This document shows, in pieces, positions 51,301 through 63,091 of a stretch of DNA of 64,000 nt. Below the pieces are notes generated by a model. The model ran no database searches and had not been told where the DNA came from. It worked only from the letters and a program-made list of their open reading frames with translations. Position 1 is the first letter of the stretch; each line of letters opens with the position of its first letter. Source of the stretch: Squalus acanthias (taxonomy: Eukaryota); the NCBI GenBank assembly GCA_030390025.1, contig CM059432.1, positions 74,154,001 through 74,218,000 on the forward strand, in the 5' to 3' direction. The translations under genes were made by a program, and so were the position numbers.

Positions 51301-51704
51301 CAGTCTCCCCTTGAAAACATTGAGTGTGTCCGCTTCCACCACTTCCGTCGGCAGCGAGTTCCAGGTCCATACCACTCGCTGCATAAAAAAGGTTTTCCTC
51401 ACGTCCCCCCTGTGTCTCTTGCCCAAAACCTTAAACCTATGTCCCCTCATCCTTGTACCATCAATTAGTGGGAACAGCCTTTCCCCGTCTAGCCTATCCA
51501 AACCCGTCATAATCTTGTACACCTCTATCAAATCACCCCTCAACCTCCTTTGCTCTAATGAAAACAAATCCAGCTTCTCCAACCTGTCCTTGTAGCTAAG
51601 ATCCCCCATCCCTGGAACCATTCTGGTAAATCTCCTCTGCACCCTCTCAAGTGCCTTCACATCCTTCCTAAAGTGTGGTGACCAGAACTGGGCGCAATAG
51701 CGGC

Positions 51705-51790
51705 CCTTCGATAGCTCATCTGGTAGAGCGGAGGACTGTAGGGCTCACGGAGACATCCTTTGGTCGCTGGTTCGATTCCGGCTCGAAGGA
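51705..51790 (+). tRNA. tRNA-Tyr(GTA) with 13-nt intron (51742-51754), probably a retroposed pre-tRNA pseudogene
   Basis: CCTTCGATAGCTCATCTGGTAGAGCGGAGGACTGTAG-intron-ATCCTTTGGTCGCTGGTTCGATTCCGGCTCGAAGGA; anticodon 51738-51740; G15>T and A44>T versus the recalled vertebrate sequence; no CCA. Confidence 0.93.
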
Positions 51791-51797
51791 CGCCAAC

Positions 51798-51801
51798 TTT
51801 T
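51798..51801 (+). terminator. Pol III terminator-like TTTT ending the tRNA trailer
   Basis: 7-nt trailer cgccaac followed by TTTT. Confidence 0.6.
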
Positions 51802-51810
51802 GTTCTTATG

Positions 51811-52001
51811 AGGGCTGTGGAGGCTCAGTCATTGGGTATATTCAAGACAGAAGTCGATAGATTTCTGACTAGTAAGGGCATCAAGGGATATGGCGATAGG
51901 GCCAGTGAATGGAGTTGAGGCAGAAGATCAGCCATGATCTCATTGAATGGCGGAGCAGGCTCGAAGGGCCGAATGGCCTACTCCTGTTCCTATTTCTTAT
52001 G
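51811..52001 (+). mobile_element. CR1 3' terminal ~190 bp fused to the pre-tRNA
   Basis: Similar to 41190-41380; ends cctatttcttatg. Confidence 0.9.
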
Positions 52002-55000
52002 TACTCCAGTTGTGGCCTAACCAGCGCTTTATAAAGGTTCAGCATAACTTCTCTACTTTTGTACTCAATACCTCTATTTATGAAGCCCAAGATCCCATAT
52101 GCTTTACTAACCACTCTCTCAATATGTTGGACAAGTATATTGAATTGCAAAATGGGCTGAATCTGAGCTGTGGTTTGGCCACTACGGTTCTAATGATTGT
52201 TAGAGAACCTGAGTGTTCAACCTGTAACATTCTTGCAGTGCATTTAATGGCTTTATATACACTTTGATAGTTTTCAGAAGTAAATTTCTTTACCCATTTT
52301 GTGATGGTAGTGAATTCTGTTTCATCAAGCAAGTTAGTTTGCAACAATGAAATCTCATGTGACTACTGCTTAGTGAATTGCTGTTAGGACCTCTATCCAT
52401 GTGTGTATACATCATGTAATAGATTCAAAATTACATGCTGGCTGATGGTTACAAACCTAATCATTTTATTATATATGTTGTAATTCAGAACTGATATTTA
52501 AATGCAAGGGTAAATGAATAATGCTCATTGTGATATTTTACATTTTGTCACAGTTATAATGGACATTTTTCACATACCCTCCTTCTGCTGCAGAATGCAT
52601 CATCTCCTTACTGAGATGGCCCTGTATGTGATAGTATGAGTTGACCCTATCCTTTCTCCTCTTCCTTCCTGTTGGGAAACCTCTGCAACAGATGGCCCAG
52701 CTGAGATTGGAATGTCACCATTTAGGGAACTGAACACACACCCGCATCCTACTGTGTTAGTGTGCAGACTCACAGCCAACATTAAATATATTTTAAAAGT
52801 ATTACCACAGACTTGTTTTTTATCAGCATTCCCTAATGGGTGCAAGTCCATAGCATAAAATATTCATAGTTTGGCTTTAACTTAAAATCTGTCTTGCCTG
52901 TCACAAAGATGCCTGTAATGAGAAATGGAGGTGATGCTTCGGTTTGAGTTAAGACACAGGAGAATGAGCTGTACTCTGTGACCCAGACTATGCTTGATTT
53001 ACATGTTAGCACTCATTGCTAATTTAATTGATATCTTTTTGATATCCATTTCTGAGTTGCATATTTATACCTGCAATGACTCTTTACTTGTTAACTCTCC
53101 AAATAAAAATGATATTGCACTTCCGTTGTGCTGCTCAATTTCTCTTGTTTGTGCCTGCACTCACTCGCTCTCCTGTGGTTGCGCACACTTTGACACTAGC
53201 ATGTGAGCTTTTTGCAAAATCAGTTGTTTGTGCTTTTTCACTCTCTCCAGATGTTCCCTCTCTCCTTGGGCATGCACACCCGCGTGGCAGCCCCCCCCCC
53301 CCCATCAGCTGTCTGTCTCTGTCGCACTATTGCTCACTCGCACACGTCACCGCCCACCCTCTCTCTCTCTCTCATGCGCACCCCTTCTCTGCATGGGAGA
53401 GAGTATGAACGCCCCTTCTCTCGTGCGCACATCTCCCAAGTCTTGCATGCTCGTGGTCCCCCTTCTCTTGCGAATGTTTGTGCCCATTTTTCTCTCGCGC
53501 ACTTCTGACCCCTCATGCCTGCTCTCCAGTGGTGGAATTGCTCTTGAGGACACTATTATTAAGGGAGAAAGACGGTAGCGTGATTTTGATATTTTTTTGC
53601 ACTCTGGGTCTTTTTCCTCCACCGTCAGCAGAAGATTCCTGTTTTCCACACAGAACCCACATGACCACATCCAGTGTTTGTTGCAATTTAGCGCAATGAG
53701 TATACTTAACTTAAAGTCAGACTTAAGTTCTACAAAGGTGACTAAAGTATCCAGGTTGCTTACTAGTACTCGGGTGATTTCGGTACTCTGTTGTTGCCAT
53801 CTTCACTGCCCAATATAGGCACTTTGACTCTGAAACTGGTGTCTATCCAGGTTGATTGATAACAAATGTCAGCAGACTGACATTAGCCTACTTCTCAAAG
53901 GAAGACTTGCCAGGGAAAGTATAGTCCAGTACCCAGTTAGCTTTAAAACTTGAGTATCCCCCCACCCATGGATGGCATCTTGTAAACCTTGTCCCTAGTA
54001 CCAATACCCGAATCAGAAGGTTCCAGACTAGTTTCAGCGTAGTCCAAGGCAAAACAGCCTATGAATTGAAGCAAGTTGCTTAAGACAAGTGGATAATTTT
54101 CACAAGACCAATGGCTTTCCTGCTTCTTGGCGAGGGTCACGCGTGAATAATGGCTACTTGGGTAAGGTAGCGGAAATGCGTTTGGAACTGTATCCCAGTT
54201 AGAAGTCTAATGAATGAGGACAAATCTGGTGAGGAAAAATTGTGAATTTGACCATATGCAGAGTAGCTGTATTAATGTGTGTTGGTACTAGGAGAAATAA
54301 TTACTATTCATTGACGGATTAGGAAGGGGTGGCAGGTGTAAACTATTGAATCGGGGATCATGAAATAGTACAATGCTATTTCAGTCTTAGAAATTTAAGG
54401 CGACAGAAGGAACAGAATAGATGATTAGGATTTTATTTATATTTGACCACAGCTTCTATCATTTCCCAAGCCTGCAGAATGTTTTTTTCAGCAGTAGCTT
54501 TTTTTCTGTTGGATTCCATATGGCACATTTGTAGGTATGTATTCACTGAAAAAAAACTATTCAGCTACTGTGGCTGAATGGTTGGTTGAAATTTTGATGT
54601 ATAAAATGGGTGTAAAGTAGAAGATTGTTGAAGTTGTTTGCTGGTGGTAGCGGATACTCTGGTGCTATACTCACTGTTTACAAACAAATTTTACTGGACT
54701 ATTTAATGCTGTCTCATCAGTGTGCATTCAATCAATGCTCAGACAAGGATTTCCAGGGTGAGAGGTGTTAAGGTGGCAGTAAAGCTAATGCAGGATTGGT
54801 GTAATTGGCAACAAATGGTTTTGGGCTACTATGAATTCAATAACTTTTTTAAATAATCCATCTAGCCTGAGCACACTATTTTCAAATTTACACATCGAAA
54901 TAAATATAACCTGTTCAGTACTTGTTTCTTCTAAATATTTTAAAAATGTAATAATTTTTTAAAGCCTGGCCTCTTGTTTAATTTTACAACGAACGCAGCT

Positions 55001-56599
55001 CGTTTCTTGGAGCAGACGCGTGAAGGTTCTGCTCACTTCATTAAATGCACGTCCTTTGAATTGCTGTTTGCGCCTAGATTTGTGGCAGACTTTCACAAAA
55101 ATTAGATTTTAAATATTTTATAAAGAAAAGTCAGTGTTCTAAAATTGGTGTTGAACACTGAACTTTCTGTTGGTTAGGTTAGATCCTGAGCCTTGGCTGA
55201 TCTTGACCAGGGTGACATTAAGGATGCTGCAATTGGTCTTGGCATCCCTGAGCTCTCAAAGAGCAAAAGCAAATGAACTAAAGTTTCCACTTCAGGTCAC
55301 TGGTCTGTTGGAAAATACGCCATCATGGACAAGATTGGGCTTGGTTGTGATTCCTACCCCACCCCCGCCACAGTTGAATTGTTTGCTGGTACACGCTGCC
55401 TAGGCTCCTGGAAAATGACCATGTGTGTAGGGTACTCGGGGACTACCCTGATGTGAGAGTCATTGTTTGGAGAAGAAAATTCGGGGGAGGGCAGATAAAC
55501 AATTTGATAAAAGGCTCTTTGTAGACATTGCTCTACTGGCAGTTTATTATGCTGTTATTTTTGATTACTCCTTTATTTTAATCAAGCATTATTAATTTCT
55601 GTAACCTTATCTGTTCTCTTGAGTCAACCCTTTTTCTTGTTTATCTTTTTGTACTCTGACCTTCACTCTGTTTCCTTTTCTTATCTTTAGGTTGCTATTA
55701 TATCCACCTGAGCCCTCTTCCCCCCCCCCCCCCTCCCCCCCTAAACTTCCCTTTATTAGTTTAAAACCCTATGTTAAATGGTGATTGACATTGGAAGGAG
55801 AAAGGAGTGAACTGGTTTGAAGTAGTACCTAATGATGCACCTTGATTATTACCCGTGGTATTTCTAGGGAGTTTTTATTGCAACTCTTCAATTTCTTTCA
55901 CATTATTGGCTCTAACACTCCTAAAGTCAGCAGGTATCATGAAGGAGCAATTTCACTCTGCTATTTATAACAAAATCATAAATGCATTTTTTACATACAT
56001 TTATGATTTTGCTATAAATAATGAGCAGTTGAACTCTTCCTCTGTTTTTTTAAATCTGTAGAAGTAAGTACAATGTGGTGAAGTTACTGCTTTTTGACTA
56101 AGACAAATAGTCGTGATGGTAAGACTCCTTATTTAATTGGGTGAGTAGTTAGCCCTGGCTTTTTTTTATATACCCATTTTGGTTGTAGTGTTTTTACAAG
56201 GCAAATTGCAGAGCAACTCCGACATTAGTGTATTTTTTTTAAATCCTCATTTACAGGACACCTTTCAGGAGCCCTGAATTCCATTTCAGGAAACAGAGTG
56301 GAAATAACATTTTGGAGTGACAAAGGGGATCCCTTTGCCGCACATCCACTCAGTTAAGGGAAGTGTTCTGTGGGCAAGTAATTATATTTACTTATAAACG
56401 GTTACATTTTTGGTTACTATGAAAATGTTTAGATTCTATCTTTCTGATTGGTATTCTGTGGATCTCTCCTGTAGTAGTTTGCATGAATGGAAAACTTGCT
56501 GATGAAACATTTAGAAAAATTATGTTTTGGAGATTGTCTAAATGGCCAGCAAATTCATGTATCTAACTCAATCCGGAGAAATATTGTTTAACAACCCTT

Positions 56600-57630
56600 C
56601 CTCCATCTTTGCCCTTTTTCTCAGCAGCACTCACTGTCTCCCATCCTTATCATTCCTCTGGTCTGGCCACATCTTTGGTCCCTCAAACCTGAGGGATATA
56701 AACTATATTGTACTTGGCACAGAACTGGCCAAGCCATCCATCGTGCTTTGCTCACCTCAGCCAAAACACCCCATAATTCCAACTGCCTCTTTAAACCCCT
56801 TTCCTCTGCCCTGTCCACCGTGATCCCAAGCAGCAACTGTGAAGTTGGTGCACGGATTTCATTGTCACTGAGGTTGAAATTATATATTCAATTGCCCCTG
56901 CTGTATCCTACCCTTCCTCTTGCTCTAAGGCAATACCCTCCCATCTTTCATCCACTCTAACCCTGAACCCACACTTCTCTGGCTTCTCCCCCTTCATCCC
57001 CTGCTCATCTTGCCTGAGAGCCATCTACTATTCCCTTGATCCATTTCCACTTACTGACCACCCGACTCTCCTTCCTGGATTCCATGCTAGCTGACTGTCA
57101 ATGCTTCCCTCTCCTACCCCTGCCTCAACCCATTACACGTGCCTTTGTCACTTCTGAACTCAATTACTCGAATGCTCTTCTTGCTGGCCTCTCATTCTCC
57201 ACCCTCCATAAACTCTCAACTTGTCAAACACTCGAAGCATGTATCCTGGCACCTACAATGCTCGCCGATCGCTTTTATCTACGCGGATCAGCATTAATCC
57301 TCCTCCCCAACGGCTCAAATTTAACATTTCTTAGTCTTGAAATCTCATCACGGCATCACCCCAATCTATATCTGCAATCTTCTCCAGACCTGTATTTCCT
57401 GCCCACAAATTAATTTCTCTCTTCCTCTGACTCTGGTCTCTTCTGCATTCCTGTCCTTTGCCCCAACATTGGCAGATTTTTCAGCTGCCTTGGTCCTACT
57501 CACTAGAATTCCCAGAGAGAGGTATAAATTATAAAATCAATCTCCCTCACTCGGTCTCAAACTTCCTCAACCATCTCCTGGGAGTTTTGGGACTTTTTTT
57601 AAATGTTAAAAGTACTACATAAGTATAATT
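56600..57630 (+). mobile_element. Old degraded L2 with internal deletions
   Basis: RAFVTSELNYSNALLAGL; similarity to 5440-5540 and 6440-7040. Confidence 0.7.
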
Positions 57631-60600
57631 TGTTTGCAGTTTAACTTGTGCATTGACATTGGAGATGGGGAGGAGGTGCAAATTCAGAATTTGTGTATAG
57701 CTTATTGGTTGAAACAGATTTTCATAGGCAATTGCATAAAAATCGTTTAGATTTACCTAATATTGTTACAGTTGGTGTATTCTTTGTATGCTTAGCTTTG
57801 GTTAGGTAGTGAAGGTTGTATTATTGGCACAAGATGGCTGTGTGTTGCTAGGCAAAGTGGCAGCTTGAACTGAAGGTGACTCATCGTTCCCAGCAGGTGC
57901 TATCAGTAATTTTAACCACATGGGGTGCTGGCTTTATTGTAGGTAATGGTTAAACAAGTATTTGGGCTTCACATGTTCTTAAACATATTAGTGATTTTTT
58001 TTGCAGTAGCAGCAGTGTTTTCAAACTGCTTGTCTTTGCCAAATGTGTAGGTTTGTTCATACTCTAACTGTTGCAAACTATCTCCAGTATTCCAAAATAA
58101 TCATAGTGTAACGTCAAATTTAAAAATGTTTTATGGAAAAGCTTCCTAAGTTTTTTTTTTCAGGTTTCAAGTTATGAAAATATCCATTAATGTGCATGAA
58201 AAGATTTACTGTTAGGCATGTGACATTAGTAAATCAGACCTGTAATACGTTCACCCCAGGAAAGAAAATGGCGTACATGGAAGCATTTTCAGTTTTGTGT
58301 TTCAATTTGATATATGTGAAATAAATAAAGCAACTACAGATACATTTAAAACTTAAGCAAAAGTTGTGGAGAACTGAGTTGGCTCTACCAGTTACTAGCA
58401 GGTATCCCTGGATTAATGTTTCTCTTTCAAATTTGAATATTTTGTAACGGATTAGTTTGCTGTATAATTACTTTAGTATGGTAGTGATGGGAGAATTTTT
58501 TTTTTGACTGCAGTATGCTGCCAGGTAGAGGCAGCTTGAGATGAAGGTGACTCATCACCAGGAGGTGCTCTGTTAACCTTAGCCACAGGTTATCAGATTA
58601 TGCCTTTCTTGATATATACAGCATCCTGTGTTACTACTGAGTGATGAGTTGGACAGTAGTTTCATCGACGTTCGCTTTTGTTTCAGAAACTATAACAGAG
58701 GTAAAATTATCTTCCCACCCTACTGGAGTTTCTAAAATTAATATTGGATGATAACTTCCAGCATTTAAACTTTTAATTCCTGATAACTGAGTATCATGAG
58801 AAGCTTGTTTATTGTGTACTACAGCCTTTTAACAGAGCATGGCAAAAGCATGCTCATATGGTAGTTACTGAGTTTATACGGTAACCCCTATAGGGATTTA
58901 ATTCTGTTTGGCCTGATATGAATGCCTTCCCTTTCTGCTAAGTGATACCCAGATAAATAAATATGTTGGGTGGTATTAAATTACAGCATGACATGTGCAT
59001 AATTCTCATTGCCCCATAAGCAAGAGACATGCATCTGCTGTTTACAACAGCCTGATGGGAATCTCTTGCTTTGTGTCCCAGACCACTGGTCATGAAAGTA
59101 GGAGAGTGGAGATGTTACTGGCTGTGCACAGATGCATCCCAAACCAAATTAGTTCCTAGTTTTATTTCCTTGGAATGCTTCACCTATTTTGCAAAGCTAA
59201 CTGAATTATTTATCCTTAGGATACAAATATAAATTGTTGTAATCCCATACCTAAGAAACAATTCCATTATGAAGCGTCAACCCTGGATGTCATAAAACCA
59301 CCCTTCATTGCATTCTATCATGACTTTTCCACATATCGCACCTCTTCTACATTCAGCACGTGGGATTAACACGATCAACTGAATCATAGGTAGGAATCCC
59401 AGAGATCAGAATGTTAATTTTGTCTCAACACAAGGATGAGGTCTGGATCAGGCTCAACAAACCACTTATCCACTCCCGGATCAAAACCGGGAAACCGAAT
59501 GACATCTTAAAAATGCACTAGTTGCTCCATACTTCACATGAGCTGCTACAGCTGAATAAGTTTTTTTTGAGTCTTGCATCATCTCCTCCAGCATCAATCA
59601 CAAAGTGGCTTGACCTCTATCTTTGGTTCCTGCGCCAGTGTCAATTGACGACTGTCCACCGAACAGAACATCTAGTCTTTGATCAGCACTCCGCTGTTTG
59701 CCCTTGCAGTGTTGCCTCTTGTATCACCTGAAGCAGTTGTTTTGCTTTCTGAACCAGTACTGATCCAAACTCGTGTTCATGCCTTTCCAGAGGTTGGTGA
59801 ACATGCCACTGATTTACAGTGCCTGAATAAACCAAATTCCATTTGTTTTAAGAGATTCTTGTGAATTGTATTATATTTTGTGGCTCACATTTCCAAATTC
59901 TACCTGGTTACAATTAGCAGCGTTGGTTTATTGTAATCAATTGCCATTGGTTTATAACTGAATTAAGTCAAATTATGTTTTCAATTAAATTGATTTATAC
60001 TGGTATTTTGGGGATTGGATTCTGCAATTGTATTTTTTTTCCATGGAAATTGTAAGTCTGTGGCTTTGTTGATAAATCAGCAGGGCAGAAAGAGATAAAA
60101 ACAGATCCCATTTTGGGAAGGTCCTTAAGCATCTGCAGTTACCCCCAAGACACGAGCTAATTGAGGGAAAATTATCTACCAGTCAGTTTTTAAGATACCG
60201 ATTACCATCCCTCTTTGTCTCTTCCTGGATCCCAGTACATGCTGGGAAAACTCGCTCTGGAGAGCCATGGGATTTCCCTGTGAAACTGTTAATTTTTATA
60301 GGCACACCTGTGGGAGCCTGAATGTTTTTGAAGAAAATAACTACTCCTTTACCTTGACTCTCTTCCCCGTCCCCCTTAAAAATAATCTCCCAAGTGCAAT
60401 TGACCAATTTAAACATAAGTACATCGAAAGGGCTGTGGTTTAAAGCTGGGTGGGGGGCGGTGGGGCGAAGGAGACACAGAACCCAGCAGAGTAGTTATCT
60501 AGTGTAAGGAGGCCCTGCAGTTCAGTACCCGGTTGTATGGTGAATTGCAGTTTGGGCTTAAGGGTTCCGTGACCAGAAGCTGCCAAAGATATTTTATGTA

Positions 60601-60679
60601 GATTCCAGTGACTAAACCAGATTGTTGTAGCTCATTTGGGCAGGGAGCATGGTGTCGTCCAATCCTTAGAGTCGGGTAA

Positions 60680-60888
60680 TCTTTCGGATGGGATGTTAAA
60701 CCGAGACCCCATCTGCCCTCGAGGTGGATGTAAAAGATCCCATGGCGCTATTCAAAGATGACCAGGGAAGTTCACAGATTATCTGGTCATGATATCATTG
60801 CTGTTTGTGGGACCTGGCGCTTTGCAAATTGGATGTAAGGCGCTTTGGGATGCCCTGAGGTAGTGAAAAGCACTATATAAATGCAGCT
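60680..60888 (+). mobile_element. DeuSINE core and tail fragment
   Basis: gatgggatgttaaaccgagaccccatctg...aaagatcccatggc...cactatataaatgca. Confidence 0.78.
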
Positions 60889-60891
60889 ATT

Positions 60892-61852
60892 GGGCCGTAA
60901 TTTGCGACCCCTACGGGTGTGTACGAGGTGCACATGCACCCATAGGGGCCGCGCAAGTTCTGGGTTTAGGCATGCGAAGCGCATGCGCGAAAACCCGGAA
61001 CTTGCGATCTGTCAAGAATTCTCTTGACAGATCATCCGCCTGCCCGGGAGAAGGGCCTCCGTGCAATTTTGGTCTGGAAGATGAACAAAATAAGAAGTGA
61101 CTGTGTGGCCCGTTAGATACCTGGGGAACACCGTGGAGCATTATCTGATAGGCCATGACTAACTATAAAAGACAATGGCCCAGAATTTGCAGTCGGAGGC
61201 TTCCCGCGCGGGCGGATGCCTCCGACCTGCAAAAAATCTACGAATTTATCTGGTGGTCTGGGAGGTAGGGAGATTCGTGCTCCTGGGTCTCTCTGGGTAC
61301 CCGCGGGTAGAGGCCCACGTATCTCAGGAGCACACGCGGTTCGCAAGCGCCCCGGGATCACGTGGGCTGGCCCAACCAATGAAAGAAGGGGAATCCCAAC
61401 TTCTGCCAGCGAATGCCCTTGAAATTCTTACGCCTGGTAGAGTTTTAAAATATAGAAAAATAAAATTTTATCACTATTTATATATTAAAAACCCTGTCCA
61501 ATAAGGTAAGTTTATTTTTAGCCCTGTTAAAACATATAAAAATATTTAAATGGCATTTTAATTAATTTTAAATGTAATTTTTTTATTTCATGGGTTTGTG
61601 TATTTTTTAAGTGATCCCCATTCATACTTATGGGGATCCCATACGGAATCCCCATAAGTATGAATGGGGATCCCCTTCTTTCATTGGTTAGGCCAGCCCA
61701 CGTGATCCCAGGGGCACTTGCGAACCGCGTGGGCCAATACCCCGTGGATACCTGGAGAGGCCCAGGAGCACGAATCTCTATTCCTCCCGGACCACCAGGT
61801 GAATTTGTAGATTTTTTGCAGGTCGGAAGCCTCCGACTGCAAATTTTGGGCC
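60892..61852. mobile_element. PIF/Harbinger-type MITE A, containing an inverted duplication at 61067-61398
   Basis: Ends GGGCCGTAATTTGC / GCAAATTTTGGGCC; ATT TSD at 60889-60891 and 61853-61855; several internal hairpins. Confidence 0.78.
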
Positions 61853-62046
61853 ATTATCTTTTCTAGTTAGTCATGTCCTATCTGATAACGCTCTACTGTG
61901 TTCCCCAGGTATCTAACGGGCCACACAGCTACTTGTTATTTTGTTCATCTTCCAGACCAAAACAGCTCGTCCCTTTTACAGGGAAAGATTATCAGTCCTT
62001 CCTAAAAAGGAGTCCAAACAGCTAGATGCACAAGGTTAAAAGCTTT

Positions 62047-62726
62047 CTTCTTAGGCAGTCCCTCAGAACCGAGGATGACTTGCTTACACATTAAAAATGA
62101 GTTCTCAGGTGACTGATGAGTCCAATGCGGGACCTACAGTCTCTGTCACAGGTGGGGCAGACGGTGGTTGAAGGGGCGGGTGGGTGGAGTGGTTGGGTTG
62201 ACGTGCGCTCCTTCCGCTGCCTGCACTTCGCTTCCGCTTGCTCCCGACGAAGAGACTCGAGGTGTTCGGCGCCTTCCCGGATGCTTCTCCTCCACTTTGT
62301 GGGGTCTTGGGCCAGGGATTCCCAGGTGTCGGTGGGGATGTTACACTTTTTCAAGGAGGCTTTGAGGGTGTCCTTGAAGCGTTTCCTCTGCCCACCTGGG
62401 GCTCTCTTGCCGTGTCGGAACTCTGAGTAGAGCGCTTGTTTTGGGAGTCTCGTATCGGGCATGCGGACAATGTGACCCGTCCATCGGAGCTGATCGAGCG
62501 TGGTCAAAGCTTCGATGCTGGGGATGTTGGCCTGAGCGAGAACACAGACGTTGGTGCGCCTATCCTGCCAATGGATTTGCAGGATCTTGCGGAGGGCAGC
62601 GTTGGTGGTACCTCTCCAGTGCTTTGAGGTGCCTGCTGTACATGGTCCATGTCTCTGAGGCATACAGCAGGGCGGGTATCACTGCTGCTCTGTAAACCAT
62701 GAGCTTAGTGCCGGGTTTGAGGTCCT
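62047..62726 (-). mobile_element. RTE-clade LINE, 5'-truncated
   Basis: LLYASETWT, QLRWTGHIVRM, GGQRKRFKD, CPTC...RIGLISHLRTH; (AAG)n tail; 13-bp TSD ggttaaaagcttt at 62034-62046 and 62727-62739. Confidence 0.92.
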
Positions 62727-63091
62727 GGTTAAAAGCTTTACTTGCAGTTAACACTCCAGTTGCTTATGAAGGTTGCACCGCACACAATCCATCCAGATTT
62801 GGTTACCGTACAGTCATTTATAATTGAGAACTGCTGTGGTCAACATTGCACGACACTAACCAGGCAGCAGAACTGCTGCAGTGAATGTCCTAATTAGTGG
62901 TCCATCGACAAGGGCGTTATGTTTTGTGTGGTTGGAACTCCCCTTTGGGCTAAAGTCTGGGGATCATGTTGAAGGTATCCTGTAATCTTAAAATTGTACA
63001 GCAAATCCTGTGGGCAGTTTCAAGGATGCTCCAAAAGGCCCAGATAGTGTCAGATTAGGCCAACAAAAAGCAGTTGCCCTTTCAGAGAAAT

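Larger units (their letters stand above)
51160..52125 (-). mobile_element. CR1 3' fragment (host), split at 51700-52001
   Basis: ORF pieces ...LVRPQLEY and [23 protein letters not shown] rejoin across the insertion. Confidence 0.9.

Noticed and set aside
51705..51790. Native functional tRNA-Tyr gene
   Set aside because: It lies inside a split CR1, has G15>T in the A-box/Levitt position and has no native flanks; residual transcription is not excluded
53140..53580. Overlapping ORFs of ~100 aa
   Set aside because: Low-complexity CT/CA-rich sequence with no recognisable protein
57845..58590. Pair of H/ACA snoRNAs or CTCF sites
   Set aside because: Both end in ACA, but I see no convincing H box or two-hairpin fold; CCAGCAGGTGCT lacks the GGC of the CTCF core
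61177..61852. Independent nested MITE with long TIRs
   Set aside because: Its flanks are inverted for ~110 bp rather than a direct TSD; the direct ATT TSD pairs 60892 with 61852
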